Positions 23,129-34,708 of a stretch of 64,000 nt of DNA are shown here, piece by piece; the stretch's first letter is position 1, and every line of letters starts with the position of its first letter. The position numbers were made by a program, and so were the translations under genes. The notes under the pieces are model-generated. The model worked only from the letters and a program-made list of their open reading frames with translations. It did not search any database and was not told the origin of the DNA. The stretch is taken from sequence record OR805293.1. The stretch is one strand, 5' to 3'.

Positions 23129-26100
23129 CTACGGAGTTAATCCACTTCCGGGTCTGTTTTGTAAAAATATAGCCCAGGGAGTTGTACTTAGAGCAAGTCC
23201 ACCGTTATTATTTTCCCATATGTACTTACCTGTATCTTCTTGTTCTTGTTTATACGAACCGTCAAATACCCTAGTATATAGCGGCACAGTTGTATCTCCG
23301 TTTGTTCCGGTATATACAGATGTCCCTAATGATCCCCTAGTCAATCCATGTAATTTATTACCGCGTTTATATAAGAATTCTATACGTTCTGTTCCTATCC
23401 AAACTACACCGGGTTTACTACTAGACGGATCTACTATTGCAGATGCATCTACTAACTCTATAGATTTATCTGTAAGTTTTAATGGTTTAGCTAATCTAGT
23501 GCTATAATAATCAGAAATCCTAACATAGTGTGTTTCGCCCATTTCATCTAGGTGTACCCTAAAACTTAGTGGTTTGGCAGGATATTTGATTACAACATTA
23601 TCACCTTGCATTGTAACTGGATTTATGAAATTGTGTTGTTCATTGAATACAGCTACCCACGAATTATTAACAATATCGGTTACTTTTTGAATGTTTGTTT
23701 CAGTCCAATCGATTCGTATAATATCGCCTGCGTTAAGAGTACCCTTGTATACTACTAATAACTTAGCATTATCACCTGTTATATTTGTGAATTCTATAGT
23801 GTAGTCTTTGTCTTTAGTTTTACTAATTCCATTTATATAAACTGTTTCTCCTACAAAATTAAGTATACTAGTATCTACAGTGAAAAGTTTTGTATTTGTA
23901 TACAACATTTCTTTACTCTTACGAGTATATAAATTATTAGACACACTGATCATTCTTTTGTTAGCAGCAACAAACATGTCTATTGTCTGCAACTTATATT
24001 CAGAAGTAGTAACAGAAGTTATGTTATATTTGTTCATTACATATGAAACATAATCATCTAACTTCATTATAGAATAAGATTGATATTTAACTGTAATTAC
24101 AGTTCCTGCACTCGGTGCAATTTCAAAGTTAATAACAAGTTCAGGAGTAATTCCACTATTATCTACAACTACTGTATAGCCATACATTGCAACTCCGCTC
24201 GAATAAACACCCTGGACTCTGTTGGGGAGAATATTCATACCTGTATGTATCATAGTATCTACACCATTTGCAGTAATATCTACGAACTTGTATGTAAGTT
24301 GTCCCGATGCCTGTGCGACTACTTCGTCAGGATTAGCAATAGTTGGCATATCTATAGGTAGTAGATACACACTATCTGCATTTTCTGGAGAATCTATGCT
24401 TGGATCCCAAGCAAATGTATCCCATGTGTTTATATCTTTATTTTGTTTTGTATTTCTTAAATCTACAGTTATGTATCCTTGAGTATTATCCCTTACTACT
24501 GAATTAGTATCAAACCTATAATCGTTAGCTACAGTAGTTTGTGAAGTATAATTATCTTTATAGACTACTGATATAATATCACCTGTACTGAAACTAGTAG
24601 GATATGCAATGACTACGGTATTAATGCCGTTGTTATCTATATTAAACTTCAATTTGTCTTCAGTATTAGGATCTCCGTTTATAACTAACCCTATTATGTC
24701 CTGTAACACTATTTTTTCAGTTAATACTATTTTAACAAACGGATTCGAAGTATCTGTATTAGTAACAACATACTGAACTTCTGTAGTTTTCGCATTAGAA
24801 TCTACAATAATAACCATATTCTCTGTAGGAGATACTAATGCTTGTTCTTCCGGGATTCCTTCTCTTACGTTAGTATCTTCAAAATATGCACCATCTATTA
24901 TAGGCTTACTAGTGTCACTGTTAAATGTATTAGTAACAGGATTAAAAGTAAACACTATTTCGTCACCTTCTACTGCGCCAGGAACTTCTATAGATGTAAA
25001 ATTAGAACCTTTTGTAGCAGTGTATTGTGTAGAAGATCCATTTAGTGTTACGCCAGTTATATCTACTACATATCGTATGACAAATGTTGTTTTTCCTTCC
25101 GATATAACTGTTGCACTTGTTTCAGTATAATTAGGAGTAATAACATACGTAGCAGTAGAGGCATCCCATGCATATTCGTCCCATTTTGTACTATCCCACG
25201 GTCTGCTAAATATGTACTCAAAATCTTTAGCATCTATTACCTTACCTTCATAGTCACACCCATATTCGTCACCGAAACGTTCGTTGAATTGGAATAAAAC
25301 ATCTCTCTCGCCAGCTGAACTTTCGTATAGACGTTCAGTAAACGAACTGTATGGATATGAACCGTTTATGGGTGCGGCACTTAAAATATCCCGTTGCAGG
25401 TCAGTTTGATATAAGATATATCTTCCAGCAGCGCCAGAATATTGTAAGTATTCAGTCCATAATTGACGATTACCTTCTTGTATTGTGCCCGGTATACCCC
25501 AACGTAATTGACCCCACTTAGGTATACCCCAGCCGCCTGCGATTTTACCAGCTGGATCTATTGCTAAATCAAATATAGGTTTAAGCACTTTACCGGGTTG
25601 TCTAGCATTATATTCTAACCTCATTTCCTCTAACGGAGTTTGGGTGAATTCTGTACCAGAATATAATTTTATTTTAGATCCTATTTTAATAAGAGTATTT
25701 GATTTAAATGTTACTTGTAGATAACCATTCTCGTTTATTTCTACATCATATTGCTCTTTAGTAATGGTTTTTCCATCTACCTTAATTTTCCAAACAGATT
25801 TTATATCAGTGTAATTTACTATTATTACATCACCTGCATCAGGAGTAGAAGGAAGTATTATAAATGTTGCATTTAATATTGTAGTGAATGTGTAACCTTC
25901 TATTTCTTGCCCATTTATTGTTACAGATGTTATTCTAGAAATATCTTTATTAGCACCTAATTGATATTGAGAAATTCCATCTAATGCTATAAATTCATCA
26001 TTAGGAGTATTTGCTATAAGAACTACTTGGCCACCGGTACCGATAAATGTTTGGTCGCCCAAGTCTATATAATTCGGTTTAGTTATGTAACCACATTGTA

Positions 26101-29100
26101 CTCGATCGTATAACGAATTTATATCAAATAATCTAGGTACTTCTATCGGACGGAATGGTGCTTGTTCTCCCTCGTGGTCGTCTGGCCAATCGTATAATGA
26201 ATCATAGTCATATGCTGTTCCGTTTGCGATATCCATAGGAACATTATATTTTACCCCTAAGTCTCTTATTTTTGTAGTATACGGTTTAATTTCTTTTATA
26301 TAAGAAATAAAACTCTGTATAGGATCAGTTGTAACCGATTCTTGCTGAGTTAAACTTTCTCCTTCTTGATTAACTTTTATATAAGTAGTCTTGAATACCC
26401 AATCTAAGTTTTGTTGCTCAGATAAAATATAATTTATTAACGCAAAGAACACTAAGTTCCTCATTACTAAGTTTGCGTCTTTAAACACATTGTTATAAAG
26501 AGCAAATATTAGTTCTCGCAGTGCATTATCATTTGTATACGATCTAGATACTGTATAGATTGCAGGCAACAACTGAATAGCACTGTTCTGACGTCCGATT
26601 AGCGTAAAATTTTGATTACTGTATTGATAAAGTGTAAATTCTTCAGGTCTTACTAATTTAACTATATCGCCGTCTTTTAGTTTTCCTACAAGTCCTGTTA
26701 ATTCACCTACAGTAGACACCTGTTTTACAGGTGTTGTATTAAATTGATTAAATCCGTCAGCATACCAGTTTACATATCTCCAAAGAACAGAAGACGCTAA
26801 TCCGTCAGCCCATGCAGGATTAAAATCTTTTATAGATATAGTAGACAGAAGACTGTTTGCATTTTGAACAAATACTTTTCTTGCTGCCATTCTATTATCT
26901 ATCATAGATTGTCTAGGTCTTACTTTTATACCTAATTTACTAAATTCAGACAACGTAGGATCAGGAACTATATCTCCGTTTATGTTATATCCAACTAAAC
27001 TATCTACTAATCTATTCCATAGATATGTAGGGATAACCGAAACTTCGTCGCCTTCCCTTAGTAGTTTCCATTCTGTATGTTTCTCGTTTATATTTTTAGT
27101 GTATCTATAATTAACCTGGAATACTGGTGTTTTTCCATTAATAGTTTTTGATACATTAGAAAATACAAACGAATTATTTCCTATAAACGAGAACCATTTA
27201 TAACCCTGCGATTTAGGATTAGTTATAAGATTTTCTACACTAGTAGAAGTCATATTTCTACTTTTTATATTATTAGGTATTTCTTGTTTACCTTTTACCC
27301 AATAATAATATATAGGTGTTGCTTGGCCAGCAGAATTAGTGTCATACCTGACAACATAATCTGTTAACGATTTTGGTGTGCCAGTGCCGTTGTATAAATC
27401 AGGCGTAAACGGACTCGAAACCCATTCGTAAACATTTATTACTGAACCTGGGAATAGTTTACCCCAATTATCCCTTCTATATTCTAGAATTTGTTCTTTG
27501 GTTTCAGATCCATCTAGTTTTCCGGGTTGTTCATATTGTAAATACCTGCAAGTAGATGTATCCCACCATAATCTTCCCACTTCAGAATCTGTAAATGCTA
27601 ATTCGTCGTCTATATTTGCAGAATTAGCCGAAACAGAATATGTAGTAGGATCTATTTCTGATTTATAGTGAATGTTTCTATCAGCAGTTCCCGGTATTAA
27701 TCCTTTAACTGGATCGTAAACTGGTAGAAAATCTATAGTTTGTTTAGTGTCTTTATCATAGAAGTATGCATTTTCAAATAATTTACTATCTACTAAATTT
27801 TGTCTAGAACGAATATTTGTTATAGTAGATCCAGAAACAACAGCAACAGCCCAGTCATTATCTGAATTTATACTATCGATCCATACTTTACCTGATGTTA
27901 CGTTAACAGTTGCATTATTTTTAAATCTCACATTTTTAAAGAATAAAGGATTCTGTATAGGTACATTAGTTACTTGTTTACCTTCTTTATCAAATATTGC
28001 ATCTATAACACCGTCCGAATCTACAGTATACGAATATACCATATTGTTTATAACACAATACGGATATAGCGCATTAGTAGCAGGTGTTAGTCCAGAGTAT
28101 ATAACAAATACACCCCAGTCGATACCTACTGACGAGGCATTACCTACCCAAATGTAACTAGTTAGACTCGGTTTAGAAACATCTTTTCTTTCCCACAATG
28201 TAAATATATTTTTAGGATATAGTATTTGATGAGTAACATCTTTAGTGTTTACATACCCAGCTGTAGGTATATTTCCGTCTAGCTGTTTTGTAGTAGGAAC
28301 TAATCTATCATTATACTTAATCTCATTACCTACAATTACTGGCATTCTGCCATTAGGTTTAGATAGCCAACGCTCGTTGTCATCGCTATCTATAGTAATA
28401 ATCATATCATATGGACTATCTTCGTCTATTTTATTTTTTATAATAGAAATTAACTTATCTATAGTTATGACAGTCTGGTTATAAATTATTGCTATTTTGG
28501 GAGGTTTTATATAACCGTATCCCGGTTCAGTTATAGTAACAGAATCAATTCTTCCATTTTTTAATACAACCTGTCCTGTTGCTCTAATTTCCTCTACAAT
28601 ACTATTATTGGGGCTATTTAATTGATTGCCTTGCAAATACGCATCTACATTAGGATCTAAGCCAGCATTAGCTTCTTCAGGTGTAGCAAATACTATTATA
28701 GGTGTAGTAGTATAAATCATTTCCGAACTTAATACTCTAACTTCAGAAACTTTACCTGTTCCATATGATACAGGATATGATAATTCTACTATTTGCGGAT
28801 CACTTTTTACTAAATCGCCGTCGATTAATACTTCTAATTGTGCATTACTATTAGTAGCACCAAAATCTGCTAACTTAAATGCAAATTCCTCGTAAATCTG
28901 AATATTTTCATTACTTTTAATAAATTCAGATCGTAAGAGTTTATCTACAGACTGCTTTGTACCTTTCTGAGAAATCATGCCTTTATAGAATAGATATTGC
29001 TGATCGCCTGTAATACGTAGATTGTTTAAATACTCTCTATCTTGGAATCCTATTAAATGTCTAGCAGTTTGTTCTATTATGGGATTATCTAATGTATTTT

Positions 29101-32100
29101 CAGTATCGTAATAATGCCATATCGAATCAGTTAAATTTTCAAAGTTTTGTAATAGATTATCATCTTGTATTAAATAACCATCCGCCTCAAATTTACCGTA
29201 CCAATCGTTTGTGCGAATGCCGCGTAACTGAAGTCTTTTTTGTCTAGAGTATAGTAACGGATCGTATATAGTATCATTAAATATAGTTTTGTTATCAAAT
29301 AGTATAGCGTGTTCTGTATCGCTTGTAGAAACACGGAATAAATATATTCCAATTTGATCGCTTTCGTGAGATACAGAGATAGTTCTTCTGTCTCTATCTA
29401 TAATAGTATCATTGGGTGATATAGCATATCCATTTTGATCTAATATACTATAAACACCATTTGATATTCTTTCTACCTTCTCAGGATAACCTTCGTTTAC
29501 TTCTAATGTAATTTTAGAAGCACCTGGGGCAACGAATAAAGTGTTATTTGGTGCCCATTGAGTAGTTGCCCAGAATAAGAATCCCTTGGCAGAAGTAACC
29601 CAGTTTAATACTTCTCCTGTAGTTTGGTCTATTTCGTTAAATTTCCATCCGTTTAATTCTAAATACTGACCATATCCTATTAGGAAATCAAATACATCCT
29701 GAGGAGTATCTAATTCACTTCCGTATTCTATTTCGTAGAATTCGCTATAATCACCTTCATTAATATAGTTTACTGTCATACCGCCAGTTGCAGGAAGTGA
29801 TTTTAGACGCATCCAGTTATCTTGATTAAATTTTCCCTGTGCTGCAATAACAACGCATTGATAGTAGACTCCGTTGTACCGAACTACATCTCCGTAATTG
29901 TACTGAACATTAGTGTCATAAATTGTGAAATTAGAAGTTGTTCCGCCTACATTTATCGTAGTTCCAGATACTAACGTACTTCTAGGAACAACTTTAAATA
30001 CAGGATTTAATACATCATATCCTCTTACTTCAAATTTTCCATATTCGTTCACACGTATTGCAACACCGCTGAATACGTATTCAGTTATAGGTTTGCCGGT
30101 GTATACTCTTACATGTATATTTTCGTTAGGTAACAACATGCTAGAATTAGTAGAGCCGCCAGATATACTATCAGCATATACGTTCAATGTATCTACATTG
30201 GTATATCCTGCAAGTCTATGTGCTAAACAAACATCTAACGAACGTATCTTACTACCGAAATTGTATGTAATATCTTGTTTACCCATGAAGGACAATCTAT
30301 CAAATACATATTGTTGATATCCAGAGTTTAACACTATATTTCCATTTACTACTTCGCCGTGGGCATATGTGTTACTATTAGCAATTCTGGTATATGTAGA
30401 ACTTGATATATACTGCTTCGCGTTTATGGGTGCTCTTGTATCGTCAAGTGGATTCCAGTATCTTTCTCCGAAATCTGCAGGTTTCATTAAATATAACAAT
30501 TCTAACTGAACAAATGGCCATTCTGAATTAGTATACCATGCTTCTTCTACAGGACTATTGTCCCCGAATATCCATTCGTCTTGAAGTGTTTCTATTTCTT
30601 GATTAGAAAGCTGCGGAACTATACCTAACTCCTCTGGTGTTTTTAAATCACCAGAAGTATCTGACGGTATTAGATTTGGAACTAATCCAGTTCTTTTATA
30701 CTTTTCGTGGGTGCCTGCTCTATTGCCACGGCGAATTATACCGTTTTCAATATCAGTCCACATATCAGTATTTTGTGAAGTATAATCTCCATTATATTCT
30801 TCATCCCACCAGGTCGGCTTTTCTACAAACCCTAACATTTCCCACGGTGTTTTATTAGGTGTTAGTGTGTTATAGTAGTATTTGTATAATCCGCGCCAGG
30901 ATCCGATAGAATCGTTACTAACCGGACGATAATTCCAGGTTTTCCAGTTTAACGAATTAAATCCAGAATATAATTTATAATTAAGACTATTCTTTAAACA
31001 CCATTTTAAGAAATAAGGTTTTACTATTTCATTATATTGTTGCAGAGTATACCCGTTTTCATAAAATTTTGTCGGTTTTACATCGTCTAATTTAAGTAAT
31101 AAATTGTAATCTAGTCTAAATTTGTCGGCAATATTGTTATATATTCTTGTTTCGAATTCTAATAATAGATCATCCCTAATATCGCCGTAGGTGGGTATTT
31201 TAGAACCATCATGACCTAAAATTACTTCTGTAGGAGTAACATAACTATTATCTACAATTATTTTAGGTTGATATACAGGATAACATCCTATTTTAGAAGG
31301 TGTTGCAGGTATTTTTGCAGAAAGTATGTTATTGTATATACGAACAATATACGACGTATTCGAAGGTGTGCTAGACAGTTTAACAACTAAATTATTATTA
31401 GAATACGATAGTGTATAGTCTTTATCTATTGTTAATGTATTGTAATCAACAGAAGTGCCAGTTCTTCTAAATACAAGAACAGAAGAATCCATTTTACCTA
31501 ATATGTTATTAGTCGGTACTAATAATGTATTTCCTACTGATGCGCTAGAGAAATTGTATTCATCGTATACATCACCCCATGCAGCCATATATGATTGCGT
31601 GAAGGCACCATTGTATTCGAACGTACTAGTAACGCGATTTATCACATACGTAAACAATGCATCTATGTTTACTGGGTTTGTATTTTGATTTAAAGGCGCT
31701 GCTATTAATTCTTTTGCATATTTTATGAACTTATCTTTATATCTAGTATACTCGTCGCGTGCAAATCTTATAGCAGAATTTATATTTAATTCTTCGCTAG
31801 AAGATACAAGCATTGTTTTTAACAATGGACTTCTATTTTGTAGAATAAATGTACCTAAAGATTTGTCTTCAGCAGTATCTCTGTAATTATTATTAGAACT
31901 ATAAGGATCTCCTTTAAATCCTATTTGATTAGTCATTATACTAACAAAATGGTTTGTTAACTCATTCGACGAGTATTCATTTACTTCTAAGTTGTTAGGG
32001 TTATTCTCTAATTGTTGTGGAATTTGATAATACCCTAGTGCGTTATCTGGCAAAGCTTCTTTAGAATAGGTGTATGTTTGAATAACATCAGTTGCAGAGA

Positions 32101-34702
32101 GTGATCTCAATATTTTTATAGTTTTAGTAGGTTTCCCGTCGTTATCTAGGACTATAGTAAATTCCACATTCTGTGCAAGGGTAGATTTATTGTATTCTAC
32201 TCTTATGTCAAATATACCCGGTTCCAATTCTTCGGGTGTTACGCTTAGTTCGTATTCTTTTTGCGAAGAATCCGATACTACAAATCTATCTATTACTCTT
32301 TGTTTAGAATTTCCGTCAAATGGCACCCAGGTATGCTCATATGTGGGATTAGAGCCAGATATTGTATAATTCCATTGTTTAAAATAATAATAACCTTTTA
32401 TTGGTTCGAATTCATTTCCGTTAAAGTATTGGAATACATCCATGTGAAGATCGTGTCTAAACACAATATCGGATATTTGACCTAAGTTTTTTACTTCAAT
32501 AGGAAATCCTAGTATTTCATCGTCGTATGCACTTTCTTCATTTATTTTATACGAAAAAATCTTAGATCCAGCAAATGTAGATTGCGGGAAACTATCCAAC
32601 GAAATTGCATTGTTATTAGAGTCTAAATCGGTATAATATAAATTAAATAAAGGAGCTTGGTTAGCATTTGTTTTTCTATTATAAGTCCTTTCCCATTGTA
32701 CTCCAGTATAATAGAACATGTCTCCTGCAAATGTATCTCCTTCAGTTACTAATACTACATCTCCTTTAGCAACTTTTGTGTATTTGTTAGGAACAGGGAT
32801 TATACTGTTTACTACAGTATTGTCTGGCTGTTCTACTTTAACTATTTTCCATATATAGTCTGTTGCATTTAGTGTAAGAGTTTCGTTATCTCTTACTATT
32901 AATTTAACAATACTATCGTCGGGCACTATATTTTTAAATTCTACTAATAGTGCATTATCTTGTTCTATTGTAAAACTAACAAAATCATCTGCAGGATTAT
33001 ATAAGTAGTCATACGATACTGGATCATTGTTTGCATCTCTTGTATATGCATCTATTTGAATACCTATTATATGATTACCTATATTTTGTTGAGTAAAATT
33101 AAAAGTAAAATCATTATTAAATAAAAATGTTCTTCTGGCGCCTGGTCCTTCTATTGCTTCGGCAGCAGGCTTCTTATACATGTTTACTTTATTGTTTACA
33201 TTTATTTCTACTTGGTCACCAGGCAATAACCCATCTATGTTATCATTTATGATTACATCAAATGCTAAATTAGTAGGTAAGGTAGTTCCTGTAATGGTTA
33301 CAATGCTATTATTCTTACCAACAGGTGTATTTAATGTTTCTACATTAAATGTAAACGAAGTTCTCGGCTGTCTTATAGATGTTCCTCTGTTAACTACATC
33401 TATAGTCTTAATAGTTCCTACGCTAGATGGTGTATAAAATTTATATTCAACGCCATTTGTTATGTTTTCAAAACTAACATTGTTTATATCATACGAAATG
33501 GGATTCCATTGCAATCCTTTTGTGTCTGCAATGAAATTCATTTGGTTTAATTCATCTTCGTACGAATACCATTCGGGATTGTAAAACATTTTGTTACCAC
33601 GTTTTACAATTACAAATATATCATCTGTATCAGTAAATGGTTTTCGTAATATTATATTGTATGGCGCTGCATCTGCAATAAATGTATCTACAATTGGATA
33701 AGTTATTGTGCTATTAGATAAGAAAATTAACTTATCTTGATCTTCTAATAGTTTTCCATCAATAGTGTATGATGCAGAATTTGATATACTAGAAATATTA
33801 TCAGACTCGGCTACTAGATTAACTTCACCTAAGTAATTATTTCCAGATTTAAATAACTCTATATCTCTATCAAACTCTATAATAGGTCTTCTTGCCTTAA
33901 CTGCGTTGTTATACGTAGATGTATTGGTTGCAGAGGCAGAAGTTGCCATTACAGATTTATGATACCATTTGTTAGTGCGGGACCATGCGTTGCCATCTCT
34001 GCAGCCGCGTTCTATAGTGATATAATCTACAGAGCCAACAGTATCTACTAAGTGAGATTCATCTTTTACTAAAATAATACCTTTTCCGACACCTTCTACA
34101 GTTAATGGTCTATTAAATGAAGACGAGTTAGTATATTGTATTCTGAGTCCGTTAGAAAGCTGAATGGTATTACCGTTTTCTAATGTTATACTGGCGTTCT
34201 TTTTTCCTATTATATTGTTTATTATCCATTCGTCTGCGTTTATACCACTTTCGTTTTCTACTGTTAACATAATAACAGGCAGCCGATCTTCTATCCAATA
34301 ATAATTTTGGAAATTTATAAATTTATCTAAATCTATCGGCGGACCGAAAGAATAATATCCACCAGAAAATAAAGTGTCATTATTCTTTGTATTGGCACCA
34401 TAATAATTTAACCTGTTTAACAAGTCTTGGTAAAACATTATATTTGTTTGATCTAACGTGGTAGAATCAACACTATACGAGGTTGCTTCTAACTGATACC
34501 AAGTCCGTTCTTTAGTAGGTTCTGCTAAGTAATAATCATTTATAGGATCATGTCTACCGGGAACTCTTCTACCTATGTAAGCAGTTATATCCTCTACATT
34601 CTTTTTAGAAAATAGTTGCTCAAATGTAGCTAAAAAGAATCTTTTTTGGGTATCTGTTCTAAATATACCAGGTAACTTGTTAAACGTTTTTAATGTTGCC
34701 AT
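23129..34702 (-). CDS. Giant baseplate wedge protein (gp7-like, 3857 aa)
   Basis: Directly after gp6; LP.IFRT..QK.F..ATFEQLF N-terminus; GYGY beta-sandwich motif; YIKEIKPYxTKIR pattern of T4-like jumbo wedge proteins. Confidence 0.8.
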   Translation of the reverse strand: MATLKTFNKLPGIFRTDTQKRFFLATFEQLFSKKNVEDITAYIGRRVPGRHDPINDYYLAEPTKERTWYQLEATSYSVDSTTLDQTNIMFYQDLLNRLNYYGANTKNNDTLFSGGYYSFGPPIDLDKFINFQNYYWIEDRLPVIMLTVENESGINADEWIINNIIGKKNASITLENGNTIQLSNGLRIQYTNSSSFNRPLTVEGVGKGIILVKDESHLVDTVGSVDYITIERGCRDGNAWSRTNKWYHKSVMATSASATNTSTYNNAVKARRPIIEFDRDIELFKSGNNYLGEVNLVAESDNISSISNSASYTIDGKLLEDQDKLIFLSNSTITYPIVDTFIADAAPYNIILRKPFTDTDDIFVIVKRGNKMFYNPEWYSYEDELNQMNFIADTKGLQWNPISYDINNVSFENITNGVEYKFYTPSSVGTIKTIDVVNRGTSIRQPRTSFTFNVETLNTPVGKNNSIVTITGTTLPTNLAFDVIINDNIDGLLPGDQVEINVNNKVNMYKKPAAEAIEGPGARRTFLFNNDFTFNFTQQNIGNHIIGIQIDAYTRDANNDPVSYDYLYNPADDFVSFTIEQDNALLVEFKNIVPDDSIVKLIVRDNETLTLNATDYIWKIVKVEQPDNTVVNSIIPVPNKYTKVAKGDVVLVTEGDTFAGDMFYYTGVQWERTYNRKTNANQAPLFNLYYTDLDSNNNAISLDSFPQSTFAGSKIFSYKINEESAYDDEILGFPIEVKNLGQISDIVFRHDLHMDVFQYFNGNEFEPIKGYYYFKQWNYTISGSNPTYEHTWVPFDGNSKQRVIDRFVVSDSSQKEYELSVTPEELEPGIFDIRVEYNKSTLAQNVEFTIVLDNDGKPTKTIKILRSLSATDVIQTYTYSKEALPDNALGYYQIPQQLENNPNNLEVNEYSSNELTNHFVSIMTNQIGFKGDPYSSNNNYRDTAEDKSLGTFILQNRSPLLKTMLVSSSEELNINSAIRFARDEYTRYKDKFIKYAKELIAAPLNQNTNPVNIDALFTYVINRVTSTFEYNGAFTQSYMAAWGDVYDEYNFSSASVGNTLLVPTNNILGKMDSSVLVFRRTGTSVDYNTLTIDKDYTLSYSNNNLVVKLSSTPSNTSYIVRIYNNILSAKIPATPSKIGCYPVYQPKIIVDNSYVTPTEVILGHDGSKIPTYGDIRDDLLLEFETRIYNNIADKFRLDYNLLLKLDDVKPTKFYENGYTLQQYNEIVKPYFLKWCLKNSLNYKLYSGFNSLNWKTWNYRPVSNDSIGSWRGLYKYYYNTLTPNKTPWEMLGFVEKPTWWDEEYNGDYTSQNTDMWTDIENGIIRRGNRAGTHEKYKRTGLVPNLIPSDTSGDLKTPEELGIVPQLSNQEIETLQDEWIFGDNSPVEEAWYTNSEWPFVQLELLYLMKPADFGERYWNPLDDTRAPINAKQYISSSTYTRIANSNTYAHGEVVNGNIVLNSGYQQYVFDRLSFMGKQDITYNFGSKIRSLDVCLAHRLAGYTNVDTLNVYADSISGGSTNSSMLLPNENIHVRVYTGKPITEYVFSGVAIRVNEYGKFEVRGYDVLNPVFKVVPRSTLVSGTTINVGGTTSNFTIYDTNVQYNYGDVVRYNGVYYQCVVIAAQGKFNQDNWMRLKSLPATGGMTVNYINEGDYSEFYEIEYGSELDTPQDVFDFLIGYGQYLELNGWKFNEIDQTTGEVLNWVTSAKGFLFWATTQWAPNNTLFVAPGASKITLEVNEGYPEKVERISNGVYSILDQNGYAISPNDTIIDRDRRTISVSHESDQIGIYLFRVSTSDTEHAILFDNKTIFNDTIYDPLLYSRQKRLQLRGIRTNDWYGKFEADGYLIQDDNLLQNFENLTDSIWHYYDTENTLDNPIIEQTARHLIGFQDREYLNNLRITGDQQYLFYKGMISQKGTKQSVDKLLRSEFIKSNENIQIYEEFAFKLADFGATNSNAQLEVLIDGDLVKSDPQIVELSYPVSYGTGKVSEVRVLSSEMIYTTTPIIVFATPEEANAGLDPNVDAYLQGNQLNSPNNSIVEEIRATGQVVLKNGRIDSVTITEPGYGYIKPPKIAIIYNQTVITIDKLISIIKNKIDEDSPYDMIITIDSDDNERWLSKPNGRMPVIVGNEIKYNDRLVPTTKQLDGNIPTAGYVNTKDVTHQILYPKNIFTLWERKDVSKPSLTSYIWVGNASSVGIDWGVFVIYSGLTPATNALYPYCVINNMVYSYTVDSDGVIDAIFDKEGKQVTNVPIQNPLFFKNVRFKNNATVNVTSGKVWIDSINSDNDWAVAVVSGSTITNIRSRQNLVDSKLFENAYFYDKDTKQTIDFLPVYDPVKGLIPGTADRNIHYKSEIDPTTYSVSANSANIDDELAFTDSEVGRLWWDTSTCRYLQYEQPGKLDGSETKEQILEYRRDNWGKLFPGSVINVYEWVSSPFTPDLYNGTGTPKSLTDYVVRYDTNSAGQATPIYYYWVKGKQEIPNNIKSRNMTSTSVENLITNPKSQGYKWFSFIGNNSFVFSNVSKTINGKTPVFQVNYRYTKNINEKHTEWKLLREGDEVSVIPTYLWNRLVDSLVGYNINGDIVPDPTLSEFSKLGIKVRPRQSMIDNRMAARKVFVQNANSLLSTISIKDFNPAWADGLASSVLWRYVNWYADGFNQFNTTPVKQVSTVGELTGLVGKLKDGDIVKLVRPEEFTLYQYSNQNFTLIGRQNSAIQLLPAIYTVSRSYTNDNALRELIFALYNNVFKDANLVMRNLVFFALINYILSEQQNLDWVFKTTYIKVNQEGESLTQQESVTTDPIQSFISYIKEIKPYTTKIRDLGVKYNVPMDIANGTAYDYDSLYDWPDDHEGEQAPFRPIEVPRLFDINSLYDRVQCGYITKPNYIDLGDQTFIGTGGQVVLIANTPNDEFIALDGISQYQLGANKDISRITSVTINGQEIEGYTFTTILNATFIILPSTPDAGDVIIVNYTDIKSVWKIKVDGKTITKEQYDVEINENGYLQVTFKSNTLIKIGSKIKLYSGTEFTQTPLEEMRLEYNARQPGKVLKPIFDLAIDPAGKIAGGWGIPKWGQLRWGIPGTIQEGNRQLWTEYLQYSGAAGRYILYQTDLQRDILSAAPINGSYPYSSFTERLYESSAGERDVLFQFNERFGDEYGCDYEGKVIDAKDFEYIFSRPWDSTKWDEYAWDASTATYVITPNYTETSATVISEGKTTFVIRYVVDITGVTLNGSSTQYTATKGSNFTSIEVPGAVEGDEIVFTFNPVTNTFNSDTSKPIIDGAYFEDTNVREGIPEEQALVSPTENMVIIVDSNAKTTEVQYVVTNTDTSNPFVKIVLTEKIVLQDIIGLVINGDPNTEDKLKFNIDNNGINTVVIAYPTSFSTGDIISVVYKDNYTSQTTVANDYRFDTNSVVRDNTQGYITVDLRNTKQNKDINTWDTFAWDPSIDSPENADSVYLLPIDMPTIANPDEVVAQASGQLTYKFVDITANGVDTMIHTGMNILPNRVQGVYSSGVAMYGYTVVVDNSGITPELVINFEIAPSAGTVITVKYQSYSIMKLDDYVSYVMNKYNITSVTTSEYKLQTIDMFVAANKRMISVSNNLYTRKSKEMLYTNTKLFTVDTSILNFVGETVYINGISKTKDKDYTIEFTNITGDNAKLLVVYKGTLNAGDIIRIDWTETNIQKVTDIVNNSWVAVFNEQHNFINPVTMQGDNVVIKYPAKPLSFRVHLDEMGETHYVRISDYYSTRLAKPLKLTDKSIELVDASAIVDPSSSKPGVVWIGTERIEFLYKRGNKLHGLTRGSLGTSVYTGTNGDTTVPLYTRVFDGSYKQEQEDTGKYIWENNNGGLALSTTPWAIFLQNRPGSGLTP

Positions 34703-34708
34703 TTTTAG

